64,000 nucleotides of DNA from a virus, in the IMG/VR virus record IMGVR_UViG_3300027793_000082, positions 4,959 through 68,958 of that record; one strand, 5' to 3'. Numbering within the stretch: position 1 is the first letter of the stretch; the number at the start of each line of letters is the position of its first letter. The translations under genes were made by a program, and so were the position numbers. This document shows positions 27,939-37,934 of this stretch, piece by piece. A model generated the notes under the pieces. It had not been told where the DNA came from, searched no databases, and worked only from the letters and a program-made list of their open reading frames with translations.

Positions 27939-29707
27939 TCCCATTCAAATCTGGAAAAATTGTCTTCCTTGATAACCGACAGCACTTGAGAACACCTGCT
28001 CTGCAACTCTTCTCGATGTGAGATCAGCAAAATATTTTTGTTACGATCTCTACTCATGGCTTTCAAAGTTTCCAAAGACCTTTCCAAGCCTGTGCTGTCC
28101 AAGCCCACATCAAGAATTTCATCCACTGCCATGAAGTTGATGCTGGTGTTCATGTGCTCAAAAATGTCACGGAACGCCCAGCTCAACGCCAAACATACTC
28201 GAGTTCGCTCTCCTCTACTCAAGCTGTCAAAGTCAAAGTCCACGCCCAGATGCATGATCTCCACTCCCAAATCATTGCTGAATTTCACTTGATGTGGCAG
28301 CATCAAACCAGTGAGATACTCACCCAGTCGATAGTTCAAGTAACTGAGATTTTGATCAATAATCCTTTTTCTGATAAAACTGTCTTTGTTTGTCAGCAGT
28401 TTCAAAAGAAACTCTTGATGATCCTTGAGTTGGCTTAGTTCATTTAAGGAGTCATAAGAAACTTCTTGTAGAGTGGAGTTCAAGGAACCCACTTGTGCTT
28501 GATAAGGATTGGTTTCCAGCTGGAGTTTGTCTAGTTCAGCACTTAGCAATGTGAGACTGTTTCTGTGTTCATAGGCTTCATCAATGCTTTTGTAAAACGT
28601 GGGATTCAAGCTCACTGCACCACTCAGCTCCTGAAGCTCACTTAGTTCTTGAGTCAGCACCTGGCACTCTTGTTCCAATGTTTGGATACTTTTGTCCAGC
28701 CGGGTTATCTTGTGTTCAAGGTCATCCAGCAAACTGGTTTGTTTTTCGTCATGAATTTTTTGTCCACACATGGCGCAATTGTGTTCTTGAATTTGTGAAT
28801 ACTGTGTAAGCCAGCCAGTTTGTTGTGCCTTCAGCTGTGATAAATGCTGTGCTTTGGTTTGGTTTTGGCTTTGAGTGTTTTTCAATGCTGTTTGAAGCTC
28901 GCGATACACAAGATTGTCTTTGTGGGATTGAATTTCTTTTTCAACATCAAGATGGCTGAGTGCCACCAATGCATTTTCCAGTTCTTGTATTTTGTTTTGA
29001 TGTTGAATGTTCCATTGAAGAGTTTTTTGATTCAAACTTTCAATAGTGCTTAAAATACGTGCATTGCTGTTTTTCACAGTGTGGATTTTGAACTCTTCTT
29101 GCTCAATGCTTGCCTTTGTTGTTTGTATGAGCTTTTTGAGGTTTTCTGCCTTTTGAGAAAGCAATGTGATGCCCAAAAGTTCTTCAATAATTTCCCGTTG
29201 TTTACCTGCGCCCATACTCAAGAATGGTTCAGTATAGGTGTTCAATGCCACAATGTGTTTGAACATTGTGTGGCTGATGCCCAATACCTTTTCAATGTCT
29301 TTTTGAGTGTCTTTGTTCTCTCCTTGAGCCTCATCAGCACTTTTGTTTTCATTTACTGACTCATCGTTGATAATATAACGGAAAAAGCTGGGGGCACGCC
29401 CGCGTTCAATTTTGTAGCTGTTGCCGTTGGCCTCAAACTCAATGCTCACAGCCATGTTCTTTTTGTTGATGCTGTTGATGAGGTTGTTTTTCTTGATGTT
29501 GGTAAGAGCTTGGCCATACAGCCCATAACAGATGGCAGAGATCAATGTGCTTTTGCCAACACCGTTACGGTTGCCGTTTCCACCCAAGTCCAAATTTTCA
29601 CCCAACACAAGTGTCAAACCAGGCTGTGTGAGATTTATGGATTGTGAGACTGCACCCACACTCATGAAGTTTTTGATTGTTACGTTTTTGAGTGTAATCA
29701 AGGTCAA
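27920..29707 (-). CDS. recombination endonuclease ATPase subunit (T4 gp46/SbcC/Rad50-like)
   Basis: NGVGKST Walker A, CAMC hook, LSRGE signature, VDEILD Walker B, LISH. Confidence 0.93.
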   Translation of the reverse strand: MTLITLKNVTIKNFMSVGAVSQSINLTQPGLTLVLGENLDLGGNGNRNGVGKSTLISAICYGLYGQALTNIKKNNLINSINKKNMAVSIEFEANGNSYKIERGRAPSFFRYIINDESVNENKSADEAQGENKDTQKDIEKVLGISHTMFKHIVALNTYTEPFLSMGAGKQREIIEELLGITLLSQKAENLKKLIQTTKASIEQEEFKIHTVKNSNARILSTIESLNQKTLQWNIQHQNKIQELENALVALSHLDVEKEIQSHKDNLVYRELQTALKNTQSQNQTKAQHLSQLKAQQTGWLTQYSQIQEHNCAMCGQKIHDEKQTSLLDDLEHKITRLDKSIQTLEQECQVLTQELSELQELSGAVSLNPTFYKSIDEAYEHRNSLTLLSAELDKLQLETNPYQAQVGSLNSTLQEVSYDSLNELSQLKDHQEFLLKLLTNKDSFIRKRIIDQNLSYLNYRLGEYLTGLMLPHQVKFSNDLGVEIMHLGVDFDFDSLSRGERTRVCLALSWAFRDIFEHMNTSINFMAVDEILDVGLDSTGLERSLETLKAMSRDRNKNILLISHREELQSRCSQVLSVIKEDNFSRFEWDYTPAV

Positions 29708-30735
29708 ATACTCTGATAAATTTCAATCAAGCGTTGGTTGTTCATTGTTGTGCTTTCAATACTATTCAAGTGTGAAATCACAATTGAGTCAACGCTTTCA
29801 AAGTTGATCTCACTGTCATCAAGAACAGTGTCGTCTCCGTCACTTCTGCCATGGATGAAACTCACATCCAACGCATTGAGTTGTGTTTCAAACAGTTCTC
29901 TGATAAATGCACTGTCTTCATAGGTTAAATCACAATCCACTGTGATGCGAACAAACGTTTTGTTATCAATCAAAGAGGTGGGATCTTGAAGAGCCTCAGT
30001 AAGGTTATAGACCCTATACTTGGGCGCCCCAGGCCATTTTTCAAAAATGGGTTCCTCTCCTGGACTCCAAATCATCAACCCTCGATCATCATCAAAAACA
30101 TCAGCATAATTGTGTGGAAAGGCGTTTCCAATATAACAAATGTTGCCTTTGCGTTGCCTTTTGTGAAAGTGACCACTGAATACCAGTTTTTGATGCTGAA
30201 AGTGCTCAGCATTCAAACCACCATGATCAGGCATTTCCACATGAGCATTCATGCGGAACTTAGCAATTTCAGCATGACAAAACAAATAAGGCTGTTTGAT
30301 GGTTTGAATTTTTTTGTAGTCGTCACCAACCAACCAAGGAACAAAACAAAAGTCTTTTACAGTGGTAATTTTGTCAATGAGATGAATATTGGGAAAGTCT
30401 TGTGCATAAGGAATACTATGCAGTTCCAGCGTGTCACGAAAATAGAGATCATGATTTCCCAATAGCATAATCACATTATCAAAACTGTTGTTGAGCAGCT
30501 TCATTCCATTGTGACTATAGTTGAGAGTGCTGATGTTCACATTGTTTCTGTTGTGACTCCAGTCACCCAAAAACAAAAGTGTTCGGATATTCAACTCTTT
30601 TGCTCTAGCCACCACAAACTCCAAAAACTCAGTGCACCAAGTGTTGTGCTGTTTGGAGTTGTTGCGCATGCCATAATGCAAATCTGTGATGACAATTGTT
30701 TTGGAAAAATCAACAGTGTCTAAATTGATAGTCAT
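29704..30735 (-). CDS. recombination endonuclease nuclease subunit (T4 gp47/SbcD/Mre11-like)
   Basis: TDLHYG, LGDW, GNHD, SGHFH metallophosphoesterase motifs. Confidence 0.93.
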   Translation of the reverse strand: MTINLDTVDFSKTIVITDLHYGMRNNSKQHNTWCTEFLEFVVARAKELNIRTLLFLGDWSHNRNNVNISTLNYSHNGMKLLNNSFDNVIMLLGNHDLYFRDTLELHSIPYAQDFPNIHLIDKITTVKDFCFVPWLVGDDYKKIQTIKQPYLFCHAEIAKFRMNAHVEMPDHGGLNAEHFQHQKLVFSGHFHKRQRKGNICYIGNAFPHNYADVFDDDRGLMIWSPGEEPIFEKWPGAPKYRVYNLTEALQDPTSLIDNKTFVRITVDCDLTYEDSAFIRELFETQLNALDVSFIHGRSDGDDTVLDDSEINFESVDSIVISHLNSIESTTMNNQRLIEIYQSI

Positions 30736-30862
30736 GACTCAAAAGTCTCCTTGACCTTGAGTATAGCCTACAAAACTGTTTAGTTCAACAGGTGGGCAGG
30801 ACCTAGATTTGTGCTATTCATTATGATATATAAATAATATGCAATAGGGTTGGAGAAAAATT

Positions 30863-32584
30863 GTGATTTTGGCAGAATTGAAAGAACGTTGGTTGAACAA
30901 GGAGATTACACCTAATAGGTTGACAAAGTTGTTGCCTATACACAAAGAAGAGCTAGACAAATTATTTCCTTATGAAGGTCCAATTGCAGCTAAATTTTAT
31001 GCATACGTTCATAACGGTAATGCAGAAAACAGTTGGTGTGAACAGAGTGGTAAGTTCAGGACATTCAATAATATGGTTCGAGGGTTCAGAAAATTCTGTG
31101 GTAATCAATCTCAATGCTCCTGTAATCGTGAATATCAGGAAAGCGTTCGACACAGCCGCACTAGAGATGAAATAAATCATATTCACGAAAAACGTAAAAA
31201 TACCAACCTTCAAAAGTATGGTTTTGAGTATGCAAGTCAACATGACAAGGTCAAAGCCAAAGCTGAGACCACATGTTTTGAAAAGTATGGTGCAAAAGCT
31301 CCAACCTTAAATCCTGTTGTTTTAGACAAAGCACAAAAAACGATTCAGGAAAATTGGGGAGTAAGCTTCCCTCAGCAACATCCTGATATAAGAACCAAAA
31401 CTATAGAGGTGTTTCAAAACACTTATGGAACACCGGTTCCTGCTCAAAACCTGGAGGTGTTAGTTAAAACCAAAAAAACCAACCTCTCAAAATATGGTGT
31501 TGTGGCCCCGTTTTTGACAACAGAGCATAGGGAGACCAATAGGAAAACTTTTCGGCAAAAATCTTGGGATTCCTATATTGCAAATAGGACTGATTACATT
31601 CCGTTATTCACTCAAAAAGAATTTTTGGACTCACATCGTTATTCTGAACATTTGTTTGTTTGCCAAAAATGCCATAACCAATTCAGTGTTGCCTTGAAAA
31701 GAGAATCTGATTTGCGTTGTTTTGATTGTTATCCAAGAAAAGAAAGTTGGGGAGAAACAAAGATCAAACAATGGTTGTGGGATAATAACATATCTTTTGA
31801 TCAATGGAATAGGGAAGTTATCAAGCCATTGGAGATTGACTTTTATCTCCCAGATTTAAATGTGGGTATTGAGTTCAATGGCATTTTTTATCATTCAGAT
31901 TGCCAAATAGGAGACAAAAAATATCATCAAAATAAATGGAAACAAGCTCTTGAAAAAGGTGTCAGGCTTGTTCAAATTTGGGAACATGAGATGGTGCAAA
32001 AACCCAATATCATATTTGATAGATTGTCACACGTAGTGGGATTGAAAAAAACAATTGTTGGTGCACGTAAATGTAACATTACAGTTGTGGATTTTGGGAC
32101 AGCTAAAACATTTATTCAGAACTCACATTTGCAGGGCAACATACCAACCAAACATATTTGGGGGTTGGAACACAACGGGTTGCTTGTTGCACTTGCTAGC
32201 TTTGTCAAAACTAGGTATAGCAAAGGGAGTGATTATGAGCTGGCCCGATATTGTATTTTGCCTGGGTATCATGTCCCAGGGGGGCTTAGCAAACTTTTGA
32301 ATCATGCACATCAGGAGTTGGGATTCAAAAGCTTGGTGTCCTACAGTAACTTGAACTGGGGACTGGGAAATGGTTACGAGAAAACAGGCTTTGAGTTAAG
32401 TCATATCAGTCCACCCAATTATTGGTATTGGAAAAATATAAATGACGTTCAGAGTCGACTTAAATTTCAAAAACACAAAATACAAGGCTTAGCTGCGGGC
32501 AATACAGAGCAGGAAATTGCCAAAAATTTGGGCTACAATCGTTTTTATGATGCAGGCAACGCAGTGTGGATCAAAAAATACTAG
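30863..32584 (+). CDS. putative homing endonuclease, paralog of 8247..9941
   Basis: KYG repeats, LEIDFYLPDLNVGIEFNGIFYHS, ARKC, YELARYC..GGLSKLL, FYDAG; TATAAATA at 30829-30836. Confidence 0.7.
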   Translation: MILAELKERWLNKEITPNRLTKLLPIHKEELDKLFPYEGPIAAKFYAYVHNGNAENSWCEQSGKFRTFNNMVRGFRKFCGNQSQCSCNREYQESVRHSRTRDEINHIHEKRKNTNLQKYGFEYASQHDKVKAKAETTCFEKYGAKAPTLNPVVLDKAQKTIQENWGVSFPQQHPDIRTKTIEVFQNTYGTPVPAQNLEVLVKTKKTNLSKYGVVAPFLTTEHRETNRKTFRQKSWDSYIANRTDYIPLFTQKEFLDSHRYSEHLFVCQKCHNQFSVALKRESDLRCFDCYPRKESWGETKIKQWLWDNNISFDQWNREVIKPLEIDFYLPDLNVGIEFNGIFYHSDCQIGDKKYHQNKWKQALEKGVRLVQIWEHEMVQKPNIIFDRLSHVVGLKKTIVGARKCNITVVDFGTAKTFIQNSHLQGNIPTKHIWGLEHNGLLVALASFVKTRYSKGSDYELARYCILPGYHVPGGLSKLLNHAHQELGFKSLVSYSNLNWGLGNGYEKTGFELSHISPPNYWYWKNINDVQSRLKFQKHKIQGLAAGNTEQEIAKNLGYNRFYDAGNAVWIKKY

Positions 32585-33426
32585 ATGGGTCCAGTTGGGC
32601 TCATTTGAGGCACAACAAGTGGGGCCGCTGCTTCTGCATTGTCAAATCCCAGTTGTTGTGCTAACTGATCCTCTGTCTGGCGGGTGTGACTAGGTGTTGC
32701 ACCATGCATGATCAAAAGATCATCTCTTATGTGTTGACTTCTCTTTTCCAGTTGCAATATCTTGAGAAAACTTGTACTACTTACGGTAGTATAATAAGCG
32801 AATGGGTTTGCGCTTTTGGCTTCATCAAATTGGAGTCCCACCTGTGCCAGCTGCACCAATGCTTGGGCCTTCATTTCATCCAGATAAGTATAACCTCGCC
32901 AATTTCCTCGATGACCATAACGGTCCACTAGTTTGATCCACATTGCTGCCAATCGGTCCGTTATTTTGCCGCCAGTTAAGGTGAACTCACCATTCTTGTA
33001 ATGACTCTTGCCCACACATTTCCACGTGTTGTTTTCAAAAATCCAGTGTTGAAAGGGAGGAAAATTACACCTAATGTGTTTCTCAGCTTGATTTTTGGCT
33101 TTGTCAGCTTTGGCAGGGTTCAACGGAATGTGCTCAAATGTCATGAGTCGCACAACAATTTCCTCCAAAGGCACATCATCTAGCGTAAGAGAAGATTCAA
33201 AAGTCTTGCTGCCACTGGCTTTCTTTTCTTCAGCTATTTTGTTAGCCAGCTTTTTGTGCCGGGCAGCGTCCAACACTTCTGGAGTTGCTGCCACAAGATC
33301 ATATACAATGACATCAAAATCAGAGTATTTTTTGTCAACAAATTCACAAAACGTAATCTTGCTTTCATGTATTGCAGACAATAAATCTTTGTTTGTTAGA
33401 TATTTGATCTTGGGAACCAATGCCAT
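32581..33426 (-). CDS. late-transcription sigma factor (T4 gp55-like)
   Basis: YLTNKDLL, NWRGYTYLDEM, FDEAKSANPFAYYT; adjacent to gp47 as in T4-like phages. Confidence 0.88.
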   Translation of the reverse strand: MALVPKIKYLTNKDLLSAIHESKITFCEFVDKKYSDFDVIVYDLVAATPEVLDAARHKKLANKIAEEKKASGSKTFESSLTLDDVPLEEIVVRLMTFEHIPLNPAKADKAKNQAEKHIRCNFPPFQHWIFENNTWKCVGKSHYKNGEFTLTGGKITDRLAAMWIKLVDRYGHRGNWRGYTYLDEMKAQALVQLAQVGLQFDEAKSANPFAYYTTVSSTSFLKILQLEKRSQHIRDDLLIMHGATPSHTRQTEDQLAQQLGFDNAEAAAPLVVPQMSPTGPI

Positions 33427-33546
33427 TCGAGTCCTTTGTGTTTGAAACCCTAAATTTTGCAATTGGTTGCAGGAGATGTCAAAATGGACAACAAAGTCTG
33501 TTAAATAATTCAATAGATTGCTAAAAGATTATGTTGGGGCCTTGCA

Positions 33547-35766
33547 ATGAAGCTGTTTAACCTACTACCACAAGTGAATCTCTCTTTAACTGAGGCCAAA
33601 GCCCGTATTGAGCATCCAGAGGACATGATATTTGATGATGGGTTGGACGGTGCCAAAAGAGCTTTTCATATACTGAGTGCAACTGCCCACAAGCCAGAAT
33701 ATGTTTCCATCAAGTTTGATGGAACTCCGGCCTTGATCTTTGGCTGGAAAGATCACAAATTCGTGCTCACTGACAAAGCTGGGTTCAGCAGCAAGAAGTA
33801 TGATGGGCTGACCACAAGCCCTGAGGCTATTGTGAACATGCTCATGAGCAGGAAAATGAAAGACACTAGCCCCAGTGCAAAAAGTGCTCGACTGGCATAT
33901 GCCAACAAAATAGCCAGTCTCTACCCATTGTTGAAAAAAGTTACCCCAAAAGGATTTATCGGTTACGTTCAATCGGATTTGTTGTGGACTGGTGTTCCGC
34001 CCATAGTTGATGGCGCTTATGAATTCACTCCCAACAAAATAACCTACCGCGTTCCCCTCAACAGTCAGTATGGTGAAATGATCGGCAACAGCAGTGCAGG
34101 AGTAGTTATCCACAGTGTTTATCAAAGCCCCTCTGATCAAGAACCCGAAGCATTGAGAAATGTTGCAGATTATGGTTTCAGGAGTGATCTTGGCCTGGCT
34201 ATCTTGCCTCATGAAGCCACCATGCTCACCAGTTTGAAGTTGGATAAATCCTTGGTTGACAAACTGTCACACTTGTTTAGAGTGCACGCAGTGAGTGTGA
34301 AATCATTCTTGGATAGAGGTCAGCTAGAGACGCAGAAAATTGCTAGTCTTCCAGGCTACATGAAAAGCTTTTTGGCCAAAAAGGCAGAAAAAGGCAGCTC
34401 AAATTTTTCACATGTTGCAAGAGAGTTTTTGGATTGGTTTACAGGGATCAACAGTCCTGCAAGCCCAGGCATGCAGGAAAAGTGTTTGAAATGGATACAG
34501 AGCCACATGCATGGTTACAACAGTGTGTGGCGCATTGTGAGTTTGTTGAACAGCTTGAAGCTGGACCTCAAAAGCCAGATGGACAATCAAGCTGGCTCAA
34601 CGGTGGGTGCCAGTTTGGGAGGCCAGCCTGGCCATGAAGGCTTTGTGGCAGTAACCCCAACTGGTATTGTTAAGTTTGTGAATCGTGCACAATTTATGAG
34701 AAAAGCGCAACCTGAGTCACTTATGGAACAAAGCACAAAAAGCGTTGTCTGGACCTTTGGCCGAATGAACCCTCCCACTTTGGGTCATCAGCATCTGGTG
34801 AACTTGATGGCCAAACATGCTGGTGACGATGACTATTGGATCTTTTTGAGTCATAGTCAAGACGGCAAAAAGAACCCTTTGCCTTGGGAAGAAAAGGTGG
34901 AGTTTTTCCAGCGCATTATGCCTGATCATGCAGAACATTTGGTGCAAGACCCAGATGTGAAAACACCACTACAAGCTGCTGAATGGCTCTACAACAAAGG
35001 CTATCGAGATTTTGTGTTTGTGGCTGGTGAAGATCGGGTCAAGGGCATGAGAGAGCTCTTGGACAGTTGGAACAGTCCTGAAATACGTGAGAAACATCAG
35101 CGTGAACCCATTCACATCAAAGTGGTTTCAGCTGGGGAAAGAAATCCCGATCACAACGGTGTCAAGGGCGTAAGCGGCACCAAGGCTCGTGAAGCTGTAT
35201 TGAACAAAGACAAAGAAGCTTTTCAACAAGCTGTGGGTTTGGACCTTGAACTCAGCAACCAACTGTTTCAAGCTGTACGACGTTACCTCAAGCATCCACG
35301 GAACAAAGTAATGGAATCCAGTTTGCATCCTGCAGGCACAATTGTGACCTTGACCATGAGTCCACCACATGCTGCTCAATTGAAAGAATGGTGTGACAAA
35401 AATGGTGTTCCTTGCATGAACACTGATGAACTTCACATGACTGTTCTCTATAGTCAAAAGCCAGCCTCTCATCTCATGAGCATGCACGGTAATACAGTTG
35501 TTGTGCCAGCTAAAATTCAGGGATGGACCAAGCTGGGGGACAAAGCCCTATGCTTGGATCTTGATTGCGAAATTGCACACAAGTTTCATCACCACTTGAA
35601 AAGCAAGGGTGGGACTCATGATTTTCCTGATTTCATACCACACAGCAGCGTGAACTACAGTTGGATGGACCGAACTGATTTGCCGCAAGTTTTGCCTGAT
35701 TTCCCTTTGTTGTTTGATCGCATTCAGGTCAAGCCACTGGACCCTAATTGGGGTCTCAAAACTTAA
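33547..35766 (+). CDS. three-domain protein: ligase-like nucleotidyltransferase + HxGH cytidylyltransferase-like + 2H phosphoesterase (Acb1/gp57B-like)
   Basis: KFDG / HEGFV / VKFVNR; FGRMNPPTLGH...SGTKAR; LHMTVLYS...FIPHSS. Confidence 0.75.
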   Translation: MKLFNLLPQVNLSLTEAKARIEHPEDMIFDDGLDGAKRAFHILSATAHKPEYVSIKFDGTPALIFGWKDHKFVLTDKAGFSSKKYDGLTTSPEAIVNMLMSRKMKDTSPSAKSARLAYANKIASLYPLLKKVTPKGFIGYVQSDLLWTGVPPIVDGAYEFTPNKITYRVPLNSQYGEMIGNSSAGVVIHSVYQSPSDQEPEALRNVADYGFRSDLGLAILPHEATMLTSLKLDKSLVDKLSHLFRVHAVSVKSFLDRGQLETQKIASLPGYMKSFLAKKAEKGSSNFSHVAREFLDWFTGINSPASPGMQEKCLKWIQSHMHGYNSVWRIVSLLNSLKLDLKSQMDNQAGSTVGASLGGQPGHEGFVAVTPTGIVKFVNRAQFMRKAQPESLMEQSTKSVVWTFGRMNPPTLGHQHLVNLMAKHAGDDDYWIFLSHSQDGKKNPLPWEEKVEFFQRIMPDHAEHLVQDPDVKTPLQAAEWLYNKGYRDFVFVAGEDRVKGMRELLDSWNSPEIREKHQREPIHIKVVSAGERNPDHNGVKGVSGTKAREAVLNKDKEAFQQAVGLDLELSNQLFQAVRRYLKHPRNKVMESSLHPAGTIVTLTMSPPHAAQLKEWCDKNGVPCMNTDELHMTVLYSQKPASHLMSMHGNTVVVPAKIQGWTKLGDKALCLDLDCEIAHKFHHHLKSKGGTHDFPDFIPHSSVNYSWMDRTDLPQVLPDFPLLFDRIQVKPLDPNWGLKT

Positions 35767-36596
35767 AGGGAAACCCCTGTGAGTTTGATTATACGCTGAG
35801 CTTCTTCCTGATCTTTGCGTTGATCACTGGGGCTTTTTTGTTTGTGCTTTCCAGTTTTCACATCCATTGTGGGTTTCCCAGTGGGACCCAATTTGTCTGT
35901 GCTTTGCAGCGTGTGAATCAACCCCTGCAATCCCTGCTCTATGCGTTTGTTGCCTTTTATAGCTCGCTGAATTGATTCCACACTGTCAAAACTGCTGGCT
36001 GTAAAGCGGGGTCCCAGCAGTGTTTGGGCTATGGTATCTGGATCTTTGGAGATAACACTTTCATCTTCACGATTCAACAAGCCACGTTGCCAACTGTATT
36101 TCAATCCCAAGGCTTTGGCAATGCTGCTCATGAGTTGGTTTCTTTCGGCACCACTGTAGTTGCTGGCATCCCCTGGACTTTGCATGCTGAATTTCATCCA
36201 AGATGGATCTTCATGAAAAAAGAAATCAGTTTGCACGAACCCGTTCTGGGCATCTCCAGCTATGGGTGTAAGTAAGTGAACTTCACCTGCAATTTTAACA
36301 TGGTCTTTGGGATTTAAACCTTGACCAATTGCCCAGTTTTCCAAACTTTGGCCAAATGCTTTCTTGGAAATTTTGTTGCTGTCCACAACAATGTCTATAT
36401 CACCACTGCTGGCCTTCTTGCCCACACTGCCCAAGGTCATGCCATGCATGGGCAAGCCAGTGACTTTTTCCAGCCAGTCCAACGTGGGGCTGATTTGTGC
36501 AAGAAGGATACGGGAGGTCTTGGGTTTGCCATCTGCGGTTTTGAACACATTGCCGCCTTCAAACAAATTTTGTTGGGAAAGTTCAAATAATTTCAT
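35763..36596 (-). CDS. Pol-beta-superfamily nucleotidyltransferase-like protein
   Basis: LGSVGKKASSGDIDIVV and VQTDF (GS + DxD + third D). Confidence 0.7.
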   Translation of the reverse strand: MKLFELSQQNLFEGGNVFKTADGKPKTSRILLAQISPTLDWLEKVTGLPMHGMTLGSVGKKASSGDIDIVVDSNKISKKAFGQSLENWAIGQGLNPKDHVKIAGEVHLLTPIAGDAQNGFVQTDFFFHEDPSWMKFSMQSPGDASNYSGAERNQLMSSIAKALGLKYSWQRGLLNREDESVISKDPDTIAQTLLGPRFTASSFDSVESIQRAIKGNKRIEQGLQGLIHTLQSTDKLGPTGKPTMDVKTGKHKQKSPSDQRKDQEEAQRIIKLTGVSL

Positions 36597-36669
36597 GATC
36601 CATTATTTAAGTTTCCGCTGGTTTTTTACCCATAAATATTCAACAAAGATTACAAGAGGACAACGTTCC

Positions 36670-37635
36670 ATGCCTAGGTTTGGTGGATTTGGTATCAATA
36701 CAGGCTCGCTCGTGGGTGGCCTTGTCAACAATGTAGTGGGAAGTGCAGCATCAGCTATTTTTCCTCGTGGCTTGTTTGGTGGATTTGGTGTAGGTGATGG
36801 TGTTAACTTGTTGGGCACACTCAACAATCAAGATCCCACCAACCGGCGTGTGAGCTTGCGTCCCCGGCCAGCTGCTGCCAACAGAGTATTGGGCAAGGGC
36901 TTGCTGGATCCATTGCGTGAAACCAACAATGGCATGGTTTGGCCTTATACGCCCACAATCAATTATCAACAAGACATTGATTACCAAACCATTTCCACAG
37001 TGCACACAAACCAAGACTTTCATGTATTTGCACGAACACCTGCAACCTCTTTCAGTGTTGATGGGCAATTCACAGTGCAGAATCAAAAAGAGGGCCGGTA
37101 TGCGCTGGCTTGCATTCACTTTTTGAGAACCATGAGCAAGATGCATTTTGGCGAAAACGACAAAGATGCCGGCACGCCACCTCCTATTCTCTTGTTCAAT
37201 GCATATGGACCTTTTGTGTTCAACAATTTGCCAGTGATAGTCAAGAGCTACATCATAGGATTTCCTGATGATGTTGATTATGTTCAAGTAGCAAGTGGAT
37301 TACCTGCCAATAATCAACCCACTATTCCAGTGCGTCCAACACCAATAATTCGAACTCCCCAACAGCTTGAAGAAGCAGGCGAACCTGGACTAGCCTTGCA
37401 AGGCTTACCTGGTGTTACCCAGCCTGCCAACCGGAATTGGGACGATCCATTGAACAACCCACCAGGTGCAAGTGTTCAACAACCTACGCCGTCAGCCACA
37501 AAAGGTGTTTGGCTCCCTAGTTTGTTTAAAATTTCTGTTACATTGATTGTGCAACATACTCCTACTACATTGCGTAAGAGATTCGAGTTGCCCAAATATA
37601 TAAATGGCGACAGCAGTCAAAGTGATTTCATCTAA
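36670..37635 (+). CDS. baseplate/tail-tube initiator-like protein
   Basis: PYTPTI, HFLRTMSKMHFG, GTPPPIL..NAYG, PDDVDY; starts the baseplate operon. Confidence 0.6.
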   Translation: MPRFGGFGINTGSLVGGLVNNVVGSAASAIFPRGLFGGFGVGDGVNLLGTLNNQDPTNRRVSLRPRPAAANRVLGKGLLDPLRETNNGMVWPYTPTINYQQDIDYQTISTVHTNQDFHVFARTPATSFSVDGQFTVQNQKEGRYALACIHFLRTMSKMHFGENDKDAGTPPPILLFNAYGPFVFNNLPVIVKSYIIGFPDDVDYVQVASGLPANNQPTIPVRPTPIIRTPQQLEEAGEPGLALQGLPGVTQPANRNWDDPLNNPPGASVQQPTPSATKGVWLPSLFKISVTLIVQHTPTTLRKRFELPKYINGDSSQSDFI

Positions 37636-37934
37636 TGACAACAGTAACTTATCTTCGTAGCAGTCCGTATTATCGGACTCCACAAAATACCACATATTTG
37701 GGATTTTGGGTACCTCCATTACTTGCACGAACAAGTGATGATCTTGTTGTTACATTGGCACAACGCCATTTACATCGCCCTGACTTATTGAGTTTTGAAT
37801 TATATCAAAATCCACGAGCCTGGTGGGTGTTTGCGATGTTAAATCCAGATCAAATTGTTGACCCAATATATGATTTTGTGCCCGGCATAACCATATATGC
37901 TCCTAGCCAACTAAGTCTTGAAAGCCGAATATAA
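37635..37934 (+). CDS. baseplate wedge protein (T4 gp53-like)
   Basis: HRPDLLSFELY....WWVFA..NP. Confidence 0.8.
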   Translation: MTTVTYLRSSPYYRTPQNTTYLGFWVPPLLARTSDDLVVTLAQRHLHRPDLLSFELYQNPRAWWVFAMLNPDQIVDPIYDFVPGITIYAPSQLSLESRI

